Positions 15,399-25,159 of a DNA stretch of 35,373 nt are shown piece by piece. Made by a program: the position numbers and the translations under genes. The stretch comes from a virus (taxonomy: Duplodnaviria; Caudoviricetes), in IMG/VR virus record IMGVR_UViG_3300020042_008397, positions 1 to 35,373 of that record. One strand, 5' to 3'. Position 1 is the first letter of the stretch, and each line of letters begins with the position of its first letter. Below the pieces are notes generated by a model. The model searched no databases. It was not told the origin of the DNA and was given only the letters and a program-made list of their open reading frames with translations.

Positions 15399-15896
15399 TT
15401 ACACGGTGAACGTGATCCAATCTCTCACGTTAGAAACGTTTCGACGTTGGCGAACTACTCCACCACCGTCCCTGCTTCCTTTTGTGTTAGAATTTCCTTC
15501 GATGGTTTGAAATACGCCGTTTTTGTCTGGCTTGGAAATAGCGATGCCGCAATGGCTAGTTGAGTGCAGCGAGAAGATGCCGATTGCTTCGCCTGTGTGG
15601 CTCTTGCGCGTCTTTGTGCTGCGATCCTGAGCAAGACTCCATTCATCGAAGCCGTAAGCCGCTGCGGTCGTCGGGCGAGCAAAGGTGAGCTTGCTTCCAT
15701 GCTCCTTTTCCCATCGTGCCATTGCCTCGCGAACTACGAAACAAATAAATGCTGCGCACCATGGCCAGCCCGTTCCGTCGAGTGATGTAGCCGCTTGGTA
15801 TTGTTGCACGCGTTTGCCCGTGTTCGAGTAACCGATTTCCTTCGTGCCGATTTCCTCGGTTGCCACCTCCCTGATTTGTTCGCTGAGCGTTTTCAT
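15399..15896 (-). CDS. CHAP-domain endolysin
   Basis: WPWCAAF (catalytic Cys), SHCGI (His), TIEGNS. Confidence 0.88.
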   Translation of the reverse strand: MKTLSEQIREVATEEIGTKEIGYSNTGKRVQQYQAATSLDGTGWPWCAAFICFVVREAMARWEKEHGSKLTFARPTTAAAYGFDEWSLAQDRSTKTRKSHTGEAIGIFSLHSTSHCGIAISKPDKNGVFQTIEGNSNTKGSRDGGGVVRQRRNVSNVRDWITFTV

Positions 15897-15973
15897 GGTA
15901 TTTTTTTGTTATGTGAAACCATTGGTATTGCGATGTTTTCTTGATGTTGACGAAACGGATTTAGTTGACATGC

Positions 15974-16432
15974 TCATAATGATTTTGAATGCACGCTCTT
16001 ATCCTTCTTCCAGAAGTCCTCCCCGAAGCTCATAACCGCTTGGTAGTATGGCTCCGACAACGGGAAACGGTCTTTGCGCATGATCGAACGGAAAATGCTG
16101 TTGACTTGGCAGAACGTGAGGCGGAAATGTTTGGTCGCTGAGAACTGAAACAGAACGTCATGGACTAGCGATGCGTGGACGTTGCTAGCTGTGTCGGGCG
16201 TGCCGATCCAGATTCCTAGAACTTTGCGTTTGGGACTGCACCCGTTCCAAGCGTAGTCAGGTGAGATGTATAAAATGCCTTCCTCGATCGTCGCCCAGAC
16301 TCTGCCGCTGCTATCGCAGAATGCCGCATTGCGGTGGAAGAATTGGAGGGGTGTCGCGATGATGCGTTTCGTCACAAAGCGATAAACTTTGCTGTCAGTC
16401 GTGCGAGCGTAGTCTGCGCCGAGGTAGATCAT
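15974..16432 (-). CDS. DUF1353-like protein
   Basis: YAWNGCS...TPD...ASLVHDVLFQ...YYQAVMSFG pattern. Confidence 0.65.
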   Translation of the reverse strand: MIYLGADYARTTDSKVYRFVTKRIIATPLQFFHRNAAFCDSSGRVWATIEEGILYISPDYAWNGCSPKRKVLGIWIGTPDTASNVHASLVHDVLFQFSATKHFRLTFCQVNSIFRSIMRKDRFPLSEPYYQAVMSFGEDFWKKDKSVHSKSL

Positions 16433-16443
16433 TTTTTTGTAAG

Positions 16444-16788
16444 TTATGCGTTTGTCTGCAAAATCCAATCTTGCAAGCGTTTGACGACATCAATTGCGGT
16501 GTGACCGTCCCACTCTTTACCTTTGTCAAGTATCGCGCATTTTGTCGCCTTTGCAATTTCCATCATTGCATCTGGCACGTGATAAGTGACCGTTCCAGTC
16601 GGCAAATCCATACCAGCGATAAACCAGCCATCCCATTCGCTTTCGTCGTGATGCTTTTTACTCACCCAAGAAATTGACGGATTGCTTGCCATCAAAGCAA
16701 GAAAAAGCGTGCATCTGTGGTCGTATAGTTCGTTAAAGGTGTGGTATCCATCAGATACTTCCCCCATGTTTTTTAGATCGTCTATCAT
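16444..16788 (-). CDS. Conserved phage protein (SDGYHTF...WDGHT family)
   Basis: SDGYHTFNELYDHR...WFIAG...TYH...WDGHT. Confidence 0.75.
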   Translation of the reverse strand: MIDDLKNMGEVSDGYHTFNELYDHRCTLFLALMASNPSISWVSKKHHDESEWDGWFIAGMDLPTGTVTYHVPDAMMEIAKATKCAILDKGKEWDGHTAIDVVKRLQDWILQTNA

Positions 16789-16789
16789 T

Positions 16790-16996
16790 TCATTTATCTT
16801 TAGATTGAATTGTTCTCCAGAAGCACCCGTGAGCACCACATCCTCCACTTAGTCGCGTGACATCTTTTTCAAGTGCTTGGATGCGATACATGAGCAATGA
16901 GTAAATCAGCTTTCCCAATGCGCCCACGATGCCGCAGAGCGAGAGAAAACCCGTTAATGCCCAGCCGATTGGAATTGTGAAAGTTGCGTCATTCAT
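16790..16996 (-). CDS. Putative holin / single-TM membrane protein
   Basis: One hydrophobic segment then a coiled-coil-like stretch; first gene after the fibre, upstream of the endolysin. Confidence 0.45.
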   Translation of the reverse strand: MNDATFTIPIGWALTGFLSLCGIVGALGKLIYSLLMYRIQALEKDVTRLSGGCGAHGCFWRTIQSKDK

Positions 16997-16999
16997 CGG

Positions 17000-18655
17000 T
17001 TAGACTAGTTCTGTAAGGGTTAGGTAAGTGAAAGTTCGGCAAGTTGTCGTGTTAGCATGGGCGGTGTTTTGCGCGAATTGCAGCTCAACTGTTCCCGTCA
17101 CTGTCACGGTGATAAATCCAACCAATTCCGCAAGCGTTGCCGTTTCTGCAAGTCCAAGGTTAAGGTTGGATGATACCTCAACGGGAGTATATGAAGTCGA
17201 TCTTTTGCGAGTCATGCGGATAAATGTCGATGCTGGAAAAGTTAGCCCGTGTCTCGTGCCTGTTAGCACTGTCCCGTCAATCGCGATTTGAGCATAAACC
17301 GCGTAACTTTTGCCAGCGACAACTGACAAGGATGCAACGGTTTGCAATGTCGTTGTATTGGTGACGCTTGTGTTACTTGCCAATGCCGAAATGCGAGTGC
17401 CAACGCCAAGTGCAGTTCGATGCGCTGCCGCTGCCCCTGTGCCGTAGGTGTATGATGTGGTGTTGAATGTGGTCTCACCCTGAATCGTCCCTGCTGTCAG
17501 CTTGTCGGGCTCGCCGTTTGTGTTTCCTGTCAGGGCAAGCGTTCCGCTCGCGTTTGGAAGCAAGAATGATCTTTCACCCGTTATATTTGTCGGGATAAAC
17601 GAATACGATCTTTCGCCATACGTGTCTGATTCGCTATACCACTGAATAGCTGGTCCATTGTCAAAAAGACGCAATTGACCCGCTTCGGTATTTGATTGAC
17701 CGATCACAACAGATTTTTCAGCTGTGAATGAATATGCTGAAATAACGGGATAAGTAGTGTCCGTATACTTAACTATTTTTCCAAGTGTCGGGATGCTTGT
17801 TGCGTCTGTGATGTCTGCGCTTGCGATTGCGCCTGTCGTCGAAGCAACTAGCGCAAGATTGCCTGATGCGTTAGGAAACGCAATGCTTCTCGCATCGGTA
17901 GCCGCTTGACCGCTGAGTATTACAACCCCACCTGAGTTCGTGCTTGCTAAAGAGATAGAGCCGTTGGGGAAAATTTCCAATGATGCTACGTCTAAATTTG
18001 CCGTGCCGTCCGATGTCGTTGCGCTTGTTACAGCATTAACCGCTGCTGCGATTGATCCGAAGAGTATCGAATGGTTGTTTGTAAATGCTGCCCCTGCCGA
18101 TGATACCAAAGTCACTGGAAAAGTATAGTATGCCGTCGATGTGTTGGCACCCGTTACCGTTGGAGTTCCATTGATTTCCCAGACTTGATTCTGCGAGCTG
18201 TCGTCTCGGTTTTGAATGAAGATTTTCTGACCCTCAAGAAAGAATGACAGCAAAAGCTCGATGTCGGTTCCTTCATCGTCGAGATGCGAAACGAGAATTG
18301 CCGTTGCGCTAGTTTGCGTAGCGTTGTTCCACAGCAAGTGACCGTTGGTCGGATAACCGCTCGTCGCATTGGTCTTGGCTCTGTATCGCCATGCCGTCGA
18401 TGATCCACCGCTAGCACCTGCTGCGCCTGTGTCGCCCCTTGGGATTGTGAAATTGAATACCGCCGCTGATGTCGTGCCGCTGTTGGTAACGCTTGCATTT
18501 GTCCCAGCTGCGCCTGTGGTTGTTGTGCCGACTGCTACGGTTGCTGCATTGCCAGTTGGAGCAACGACTTTGATGACAACGGTTTCATCAGCTTCGGTTT
18601 CGATTGTGACGTTCTCCTCAATCGTAGTGACTTCTAAAATTACTTCTTCTGACAT
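17000..18655 (-). CDS. Tail fibre / receptor-binding protein
   Basis: Thr/Ala/Gly-rich 551 aa; 'AGTNASVTNSGTTSAAVFNFTIPRGDTG' fibre motif; last tail gene. Confidence 0.75.
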   Translation of the reverse strand: MSEEVILEVTTIEENVTIETEADETVVIKVVAPTGNAATVAVGTTTTGAAGTNASVTNSGTTSAAVFNFTIPRGDTGAAGASGGSSTAWRYRAKTNATSGYPTNGHLLWNNATQTSATAILVSHLDDEGTDIELLLSFFLEGQKIFIQNRDDSSQNQVWEINGTPTVTGANTSTAYYTFPVTLVSSAGAAFTNNHSILFGSIAAAVNAVTSATTSDGTANLDVASLEIFPNGSISLASTNSGGVVILSGQAATDARSIAFPNASGNLALVASTTGAIASADITDATSIPTLGKIVKYTDTTYPVISAYSFTAEKSVVIGQSNTEAGQLRLFDNGPAIQWYSESDTYGERSYSFIPTNITGERSFLLPNASGTLALTGNTNGEPDKLTAGTIQGETTFNTTSYTYGTGAAAAHRTALGVGTRISALASNTSVTNTTTLQTVASLSVVAGKSYAVYAQIAIDGTVLTGTRHGLTFPASTFIRMTRKRSTSYTPVEVSSNLNLGLAETATLAELVGFITVTVTGTVELQFAQNTAHANTTTCRTFTYLTLTELV

Positions 18656-18658
18656 GTC

Positions 18659-19027
18659 TTAATCTCTGGTTGTGTTTATGATTACCGTCATCCCACCTTC
18701 GAAATATGTCCTGCGAGTAGGGACTCCATCCTTTACCATTGTCACCCTGACTGAATAGACGTAGTAACTTGGTTCAAGATTAAATTGTTCAATTCTGTCT
18801 ATGCGAAATTGTCGGGTTGCAGGATTGAGAATAGTTATCCCGCTTCCCGATTTTAGCTCCAATTCTTTATCGCATGAGTTCGCGCTGCCTTTTCTGAAAT
18901 CCATTTCAACATACGTCAAGTCTCCGTAGTCTTCTGTTTCACTGAGATCAACGCGAAAAGTCTTAGCCTTGAACGTGTCGCCCTGCTTTATATTTTGGAA
19001 GTTGTATATTGCGGTCGTGATAGCCAT
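18659..19027 (-). CDS. BppU-N-like Ig-fold tail/baseplate accessory protein
   Basis: IKQGDTF...YVYSVRV...TYFEG.M.V pattern; precedes the fibre. Confidence 0.55.
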   Translation of the reverse strand: MAITTAIYNFQNIKQGDTFKAKTFRVDLSETEDYGDLTYVEMDFRKGSANSCDKELELKSGSGITILNPATRQFRIDRIEQFNLEPSYYVYSVRVTMVKDGVPTRRTYFEGGMTVIINTTRD

Positions 19028-19048
19028 GTTCTTTGCGCTTTTGTGTAG

Positions 19049-19067
19049 TTGATACGCCTTGTGTCAA
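19049..19067 (-). promoter_or_regulatory. Late-gene 19-bp motif copy 3
   Basis: TTGACACAAGGCGTATCAA upstream of ATG 19027. Confidence 0.6.
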
Positions 19068-19100
19068 CATAATTTTTATCATGTCAATTTATTTGTTGCA

Positions 19101-20174
19101 TTAGCCGCTAACGACTGCACCAACAGCACCTGGAGCCGCTTCTGTTCCTGGGACGTTGCCGCCGTAATCAACTGCGCTAACAAGTATTCCATCTTCAAAA
19201 GTTACAGCATAAACAAGATCGCCGTTTCCGAGCATTGCGGAGATAGTTCCCCACCATCCAGTTGCATCAATTTTTGTAAGGTCGGTAACTAGCCCATCCT
19301 TCACTGTGATTGATACTTTATGAGCATCGGAAACTTCTTCGTCATATGAATTTCCGCGCACCAATATTGCACCGTCTTGATTGCTTACATGCACCTCAGC
19401 ATCGGTGCCAAGGTCAACTATTCGACGAAATCTGATACTATCCGCTGGTGGAGTTCCGACCTCATCGTCTTTGATGACTGGTTCACCTTCTCCGTCAAGT
19501 TGCAAAAGAGTTCGTAATTGCACCTTGTCACTAGCGTCATCGTAAGTTTTCCCGATGCGGTAAATTGTGCCAGCTTCCTCAACTTCCAGATTCTCCATGC
19601 CGACCCGCTCATCGTAGTGATCAACGTTGTCGCCCGCGCCGTAAAGTTTAAGCTTTGGCTTACTGTCCACAATTTCAAATACAGCAATCTTGTAATTATG
19701 CGTTCCAGCGTTGCCGCCAAAATCGAAAACCTCGGGGCGGAAATGCTCGCCTTCTAGTTCATCCTCGGCAACTAAAACAACTGGTTCTTCTTCGATAGTG
19801 CCATCCTCTTGCACTTGCACTTGCACATAAATCGCCTGCCCGTCTGTAATGTCGTGATAAATCGGGTTGTCGTCATCATCGACTAAGCCTGTCGGAAAAT
19901 GATAAATCAAAGCTTGCCCATCGGGGATTCTGCGTTCAATTACATAGCCTTTAGCCAATGCAATTTCATAAGCTTGCGGGTCATCTTTTTTGCCTCGTAG
20001 CTTTGGCATAAATGGCGAATCGGGAGCGCGGTAAAATGATCCTATATGCGTGTCCCGTCCTTGGCGAGAAAGCCGTTTCACTTGCGCTGCCAACTGCTGA
20101 ATGTCTTTAGCTTTGACTCTATCGCCGCGCTTTGGTGCTTGCGGGTTTGTTGGTAAGTTTGTCTTGTTTCCCAT
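19101..20174 (-). CDS. Tail tip / structural protein
   Basis: Acidic, beta-rich 357 aa between the tape-measure-distal gene and the fibre genes; 'ITVKDGLVT', 'TFEDGILV' repeats. Confidence 0.6.
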   Translation of the reverse strand: MGNKTNLPTNPQAPKRGDRVKAKDIQQLAAQVKRLSRQGRDTHIGSFYRAPDSPFMPKLRGKKDDPQAYEIALAKGYVIERRIPDGQALIYHFPTGLVDDDDNPIYHDITDGQAIYVQVQVQEDGTIEEEPVVLVAEDELEGEHFRPEVFDFGGNAGTHNYKIAVFEIVDSKPKLKLYGAGDNVDHYDERVGMENLEVEEAGTIYRIGKTYDDASDKVQLRTLLQLDGEGEPVIKDDEVGTPPADSIRFRRIVDLGTDAEVHVSNQDGAILVRGNSYDEEVSDAHKVSITVKDGLVTDLTKIDATGWWGTISAMLGNGDLVYAVTFEDGILVSAVDYGGNVPGTEAAPGAVGAVVSG

Positions 20175-20175
20175 A

Positions 20176-20982
20176 TCAATCGTAAAGTATATTGTTATCC
20201 TCAGTATCGTCAATCACCGTCCATTTTCGTGTATAAGTAACTGGATTGTCACTACTTCTAGTTTCGCTTGCTCCTGATAAAATCCAAACTTTGCCGCTTG
20301 GTGTCGGTGGAGAGTTCGGTGGAGAATCAATCTTGCCAAGATCGGCAACTTTGGAATTGGATAAACCACCTTGATCGGTTTTTGTCTCGGTGTATTCTGG
20401 CACGGGTTCAAGGTATGTTTTCACACCCCTGCGGAAAATCATATCAAACCATTTGATCGGATTTGGATCGGTGATGATTGTAATTTCGTCAGCCGAAAAG
20501 TTGTCAATGATTCGAGGGTTTTGAGCCTCTAAGTTTTCGCATCTTGCCGTTTCATTGAAGCACCGAACGATTGCGGCAGCGTCATCAGGTGTTGACAATG
20601 ACATCTCAATAAACTTTGGATGCTCAACAATGGGACGCTCTGCAATGTCCACAGAATACTCATAAACCGTCTCGCGCTCTGTTTGCCCCTCGGTGCCTTC
20701 CTGCCAGCCGACAAAGGAAACAGTAATCGAATCCATGCCTCCAGGTTGCTCTTGGTATTCGTGATCCTCAATAATTAGAGGCGCGAAATAATCCTGCACT
20801 TCTGGGTAGATATTAGGTATCGTTACACCTTTTTGGAAATACTCGGCAACGCTTCCATAGTCACCGCGTTTGATTTGGTAACTCTGCGTTGCTGTCCATT
20901 TGCCAGTCCCGTCTTTCTTTGCGCGAAAGTTTGGATTGGCGATGATTTGAGTGTTTGCGATTCCGATGATTGTTGCGCTCAT
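20176..20982 (-). CDS. Distal tail / hub-like protein
   Basis: Position directly after the tape measure; 'PIVEHPKF', 'LGKIDSPP...W' motifs. Confidence 0.55.
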   Translation of the reverse strand: MSATIIGIANTQIIANPNFRAKKDGTGKWTATQSYQIKRGDYGSVAEYFQKGVTIPNIYPEVQDYFAPLIIEDHEYQEQPGGMDSITVSFVGWQEGTEGQTERETVYEYSVDIAERPIVEHPKFIEMSLSTPDDAAAIVRCFNETARCENLEAQNPRIIDNFSADEITIITDPNPIKWFDMIFRRGVKTYLEPVPEYTETKTDQGGLSNSKVADLGKIDSPPNSPPTPSGKVWILSGASETRSSDNPVTYTRKWTVIDDTEDNNILYD

Positions 20983-22034
20983 GCGTAAGTTCCGTTGGTT
21001 CGTTCAATGCTTGCTAGGTAGCCGTTAGATTTCTGCATCTCATGCAAAAGTTGGGATGTCGATGTGTCCTTGCTGCCGCCGAATGGGTTGCTCACAGACG
21101 AAAGAAATGGCAATGATCCTTTTATCGAATCCTTAAATCCTTCGCCGAACGCATCGCCAAGTGACTTAATCGCGTTGCGAATCGTGTCCATAAACGCGCT
21201 TTCGTTAAAGACCTCTAGAGCTTTGGCAAATTCAGCTTTGAGAACTGCTCCCACTTTTGCAAACTCTCTGAAATTCATCAAATCATCAAGTGTATCAAAT
21301 AAAGCTTTCATGTATTCTCCGTTGCCTCCGAATAATTCAAAACCAGCAAGGTTCAAACTGCGCCATAAGTATTTCAATCGGCTAACCTGATCGGAAAAAG
21401 ATCCAAGTTTACCAGCTGAGTTTTCAACGTTCTTAGCAAAAGCCGCAACGTCTGCTCCCATCTCGGTAGCCATGACATCAGCATTTTTGAAAAGTCGGAT
21501 TGCTTGCATTCCCATCTTTGCCCCAAAAATCTTTTCGGTAATGTCACTAAGTTCCCCGATGCTGCCTTGATATTGGGAGAGTGATTGCATTACGGTTTTG
21601 AATTGGTCAATTGGCTTCATTTTTGCCAACTCTGCCGCGCTCAATCCAATCTTGAAAAAGGTATCCTGCAGCTCTGTCCCGCCGTGTGTGGCATCATACA
21701 TGTTGTCAGCAAGTGTCGATAGCATCCGACCTGCGTCAACTTGCGCTCCTGCAAGTTCCAACGCTCGATTTAAGCGAATGATTTCCGAAACGGTGCTGCC
21801 AGTTTGCAATGCAACGTCCTCTGCCGCTCCGGCAAAGTCCGCAAGCTCATTCGTGCCAGTTGCCGCCTTGATGATGATGCTTTCCAGCGTCTGCGCTGCC
21901 ATCATGCCGCCAACTAATGCCGCGCCTCTCCCCATGGTTCTACCGATTGCGGAAAATCCATTCTTAAGACCAGCAAAACCACGTTTTACTTCCTCGCCGT
22001 CAAATCCTACTTTTACTGTTGTGCCGATAGCCAT
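20979..22034 (-). CDS. Tape measure protein (short, 351 aa)
   Basis: Ala/Gly-rich helical; follows the chaperone frameshift pair; C-terminal 'EMQKSNGYLASIE'. Confidence 0.8.
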   Translation of the reverse strand: MAIGTTVKVGFDGEEVKRGFAGLKNGFSAIGRTMGRGAALVGGMMAAQTLESIIIKAATGTNELADFAGAAEDVALQTGSTVSEIIRLNRALELAGAQVDAGRMLSTLADNMYDATHGGTELQDTFFKIGLSAAELAKMKPIDQFKTVMQSLSQYQGSIGELSDITEKIFGAKMGMQAIRLFKNADVMATEMGADVAAFAKNVENSAGKLGSFSDQVSRLKYLWRSLNLAGFELFGGNGEYMKALFDTLDDLMNFREFAKVGAVLKAEFAKALEVFNESAFMDTIRNAIKSLGDAFGEGFKDSIKGSLPFLSSVSNPFGGSKDTSTSQLLHEMQKSNGYLASIERTNGTYA

Positions 22035-22608
22035 TGCTCTAAGTTCCTTTCGAGTTGTTCTAGTTTGTCGTTGGTTTTCTTATCTTCGACCGTTACCGAG
22101 TAGCGCAACGTGTGCCCGTTTTTGATGCTCTCGCAATAAAGTAATTGCAGCACTCTTACAAAATCCATTTCCCATAAAATAACATCTATTGGGATGCCAT
22201 GCCGCAACGCGAAGTATTCTAGCTGAGCGATTAAGCATGGCGAATCTCCTTTCCCGTTGCCTCGCTTTCCATTTTGGCTATCTCAATAAGCGATATTGCA
22301 GAAACAACCTTAGCAATGACATCCTCTAGTTCATCCGCATGATCCATTGCGAAGTCTGACAAGATCAAATCACGTTCGCTTTTATGCTTGCGCGTGTATT
22401 CTTTGAACTCATCTTTAGCTAATGACATAGCGAAAACCACTTCAATCATTGAACTTAATTCATCTGGGTCTTCTGATTTTACAAAACAAGAATTTCCAAT
22501 CAATCTAAGTTTTAATATATGACCAGCCGTTAGGTTTCGCAATGGTTTTCCTGCTAGTGTAATTTCACCTAGCCATGCGCCTGATAGTTTGTTTTCTCTT
22601 TCGCTCAT
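22013..22608 (-). CDS. Tail assembly chaperone GT-like frameshift product
   Basis: -1 shift at G GGA AAG (22255-22249) joins 22608 frame to open frame GKGDSPCLIAQLEYFALRHGIP... ending 22013. Confidence 0.75.
22231..22608 (-). CDS. Tail assembly chaperone (G-like)
   Basis: 125 aa upstream of the tape measure, ends ...ATGKEIRHA with slippery site. Confidence 0.75.
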   Translation of the reverse strand: MSERENKLSGAWLGEITLAGKPLRNLTAGHILKLRLIGNSCFVKSEDPDELSSMIEVVFAMSLAKDEFKEYTRKHKSERDLILSDFAMDHADELEDVIAKVVSAISLIEIAKMESEATGKEIRHA

Positions 22609-22613
22609 ATCTT

Positions 22614-23147
22614 TTATCCGTTAAGTCTGCTTGCAAGTTCGCGCTTTTGATTCTGTGACAGTTTCACGTCGATCATCGTGCTTGCCTTGCCATTGGTCAT
22701 GTAAACGCTTTGGACGGCGATTCTGTGCAAATGCAATAGCTCCTTGCGGTTCATTGCAAACGCCAAGCAATAGCTTTCGGCATTGTTGGGAAACTTTGCA
22801 ATATGCCTCCCCGCATCCTCAAATGTTGCGATGTGTTTTAAATCGTAGGTGTCAATCGCATGAGCAAGCCAATCGTGCGGCGTAAATCCTTTTTGCGAGG
22901 TCTTGACGAATGCTGACAAGTGATGCAACGGGTGAGCCGCTGGCAATGTGTCCATGCGTGACCATGCGCGCGACATAGCAATCGAATCGTGCTTGCCGTC
23001 GAGGCTGTGAGGCTCAAAATAGTAGCGAGAATAAACCGTGCCGTTTTCGTGCGAAATGATCTTGCAAGGAACGTCTTGAGCGTTCGGGATTCCGATGCTC
23101 ATGAGCGATGTCGCAAGGTTGATGTCACCTGTTCCGAATTTCTCCAT
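22614..23147 (-). CDS. Hypothetical protein in the tail module
   Basis: MEKFGTGDINLATSLMSIG...; start trimmed to ATG 23147. Confidence 0.65.
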   Translation of the reverse strand: MEKFGTGDINLATSLMSIGIPNAQDVPCKIISHENGTVYSRYYFEPHSLDGKHDSIAMSRAWSRMDTLPAAHPLHHLSAFVKTSQKGFTPHDWLAHAIDTYDLKHIATFEDAGRHIAKFPNNAESYCLAFAMNRKELLHLHRIAVQSVYMTNGKASTMIDVKLSQNQKRELASRLNG

Positions 23148-23152
23148 TTTCT

Positions 23153-23410
23153 TTATTTTCTTAATTGGAGCGAATTCAAAATCATGTCCAGCAATTCTCG
23201 CTGATCGTTTTTTTGCTCTGATTCGGTGATTATGCAAAATGAAATAACAAAAAGCTTCGTCAATCCATTGTATAATAACTGCTCGTCATCGCTCATTTCT
23301 GCTATTTGATTATGGCGTAAATCAAGCCATATTTTTACAGCAGATTCTGGCGGTTCACAAAAAAATGATTTGTCTCCGCTGATTTGTTTTACTCCTGATT
23401 CAGTTTCCAT
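23153..23410 (-). CDS. Hypothetical protein
   Basis: 85-aa AT-rich ORF. Confidence 0.55.
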   Translation of the reverse strand: METESGVKQISGDKSFFCEPPESAVKIWLDLRHNQIAEMSDDEQLLYNGLTKLFVISFCIITESEQKNDQRELLDMILNSLQLRK

Positions 23411-23433
23411 TTTATTTTTCTTAGTTTGAGTTG

Positions 23434-24288
23434 TTAGGACGATTTACCGATTGCAACGATTGTCAGATTTGTCCCTGCCGATGTCGCTGTGATGACTAAA
23501 TCAGCAGTCAACATGCTGCCAGTAATGCCGCTTGTATTCCAGATTTTGCAAGGTAGCGTCAAAACCTGAGTGCCGTTCGTTGCCGATGCACTGCCGCTTG
23601 TAACGTTGATTTCAAGCGCGTAGATGCGAGCCATGGATGGCAGTGTCACGCCTTCAAAGTCTTTTCCGTCTCCGTCTAATACTTGCACTCCTGAACTGAC
23701 AACTCCAGCGGTTGTGTCGGCACTTGTTGGCGCGGCTGTAATACCTAAGCCGCTTGGGATTGCTATGTTAAGCGTTCCATCGTTGGCTAGGTAGTTGCCG
23801 TTTGCATCTGCTTTTACTGTCAGCACAATATCGGCACCCGAGCTTGTAACAGAGTATTTAGCGGCGATTGCAGCATTTGCGTTTAGCCCCGATGCAAGTG
23901 CGCTTGCAACTAGCGTGGCGGTGTTGGCTGATGTTGTCAGCGGGATTGTTACAGCGAGCGGCGATCCCGTTAAAGTTGATCCCGTTACGGTAACAATGCA
24001 GTTGCCGCTCGATGTTGCCCCAGCGGCAGCAACTACTGTAGCAGTTTCAACTTGTGCAACTCCTGCGACAAATGCCGCGCTGCCAGTGCAAACGCCTGTT
24101 TGGACATCTAGCATAGCCGTGGTGCTTGATGTTGTAAGTCTTGCGCTGATTGCATAGCCAATATCGGCAGTTGCAAACGATTGCTGCGCGGCAGAAGTTC
24201 CGACTGTGACTCTGCCAGTTGTCAGCGATGATGCGGGACTAGCGGTAAAGCTCGTCCCATTGTTCGTTAGTGCCGATGCGATAATCAT
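23434..24288 (-). CDS. Thr/Ala/Ser-rich structural (tail decoration-like) protein
   Basis: 284 aa low-charge beta-rich; 'GVAQVETATV...G...VTVTG' resembles segments of virion proteins. Confidence 0.55.
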   Translation of the reverse strand: MIIASALTNNGTSFTASPASSLTTGRVTVGTSAAQQSFATADIGYAISARLTTSSTTAMLDVQTGVCTGSAAFVAGVAQVETATVVAAAGATSSGNCIVTVTGSTLTGSPLAVTIPLTTSANTATLVASALASGLNANAAIAAKYSVTSSGADIVLTVKADANGNYLANDGTLNIAIPSGLGITAAPTSADTTAGVVSSGVQVLDGDGKDFEGVTLPSMARIYALEINVTSGSASATNGTQVLTLPCKIWNTSGITGSMLTADLVITATSAGTNLTIVAIGKSS

Positions 24289-24296
24289 AAGTTTTA

Positions 24297-24722
24297 TTAG
24301 CTAGCTGTTGAGACTACTGTTGCGTCGATGCTTGGTTTATAAACACAAGTCAAATCACCCATCTCAAATCCTGTGTTGCTACGCTTCAATGACGCTTGCA
24401 AAACGATGACGCTGGCATTTGCTACGGGTGTGATTTTGAGCAGGTCAGTAGTAACCGTCAGCGAGTCCGCTGATGTATTGGCAAGCGTTACCGTGTCAGC
24501 AATGCCGACAACTAAGCCTGCGCCTTTTACAGCGACCACGCCGTCAACTGTTACGTCGATTGACTCGTTGTAAATGCTCATGCCAACATCCTGTCCTACA
24601 TGGTTAGGAGCGTAAGCTACTTCGCTGTTGCCGTTGTAATTGATGTTTGCCGCAAAAAGACCCGTTGAGGATGCTTCTGATGCGATGCCGAATTTTGCCG
24701 TTCCAAAAACTGTTGCGCTCAT
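24297..24722 (-). CDS. Major tail (tube) protein
   Basis: 141 aa beta-rich, MSATVFGTAKFG; position after the tail terminator-like gene. Confidence 0.6.
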   Translation of the reverse strand: MSATVFGTAKFGIASEASSTGLFAANINYNGNSEVAYAPNHVGQDVGMSIYNESIDVTVDGVVAVKGAGLVVGIADTVTLANTSADSLTVTTDLLKITPVANASVIVLQASLKRSNTGFEMGDLTCVYKPSIDATVVSTAS

Positions 24723-24733
24723 ATTTTTATTAG

Positions 24734-25159
24734 TTAGATTTTGCACCCTGTGAGGGTGAAGGATATTTGTGAAATTGTGGTGTCGTTGTCTGCCGATGTT
24801 TCGAGTTCAAAGTCTCTCACATCGAAAATTCTTGTTAGCGTGTTGTCAGCCTCTGACCATGCAAGCAATGCAGTTACATCGCCAAGCAAATCGTAAAATT
24901 GATCCTCTAGCTCGTCCTTGTCGGCTAGTGCTGTGCCGCCGTTTACCCTTGGCACCGTGCCAAGTTGTGCCGCAATGCTGAAATCAAAAACACCTCGCAA
25001 AACCTCATGCTCTTTACTGCCAGTGATTGTGAGCTTGATTGCGGGAGGCTCGATAACACTTTGATCCCCGTCAATAAAAACATCCAAATCAGCAAGATCA
25101 CCGATTGCGTTATCGGCGATGTAGTTTTTGAGTGATTTCAGAATGAGTGTCGAGGTCAT
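24734..25159 (-). CDS. Tail terminator-like protein
   Basis: 141 aa acidic; position; 'PAI.L' motif. Confidence 0.5.
   Translation of the reverse strand: MTSTLILKSLKNYIADNAIGDLADLDVFIDGDQSVIEPPAIKLTITGSKEHEVLRGVFDFSIAAQLGTVPRVNGGTALADKDELEDQFYDLLGDVTALLAWSEADNTLTRIFDVRDFELETSADNDTTISQISFTLTGCKI

Noticed and set aside
17000-18655. Diversity-generating retroelement target in the tail fibre
   Set aside because: No reverse transcriptase and no template/variable repeat pair noticed in the window
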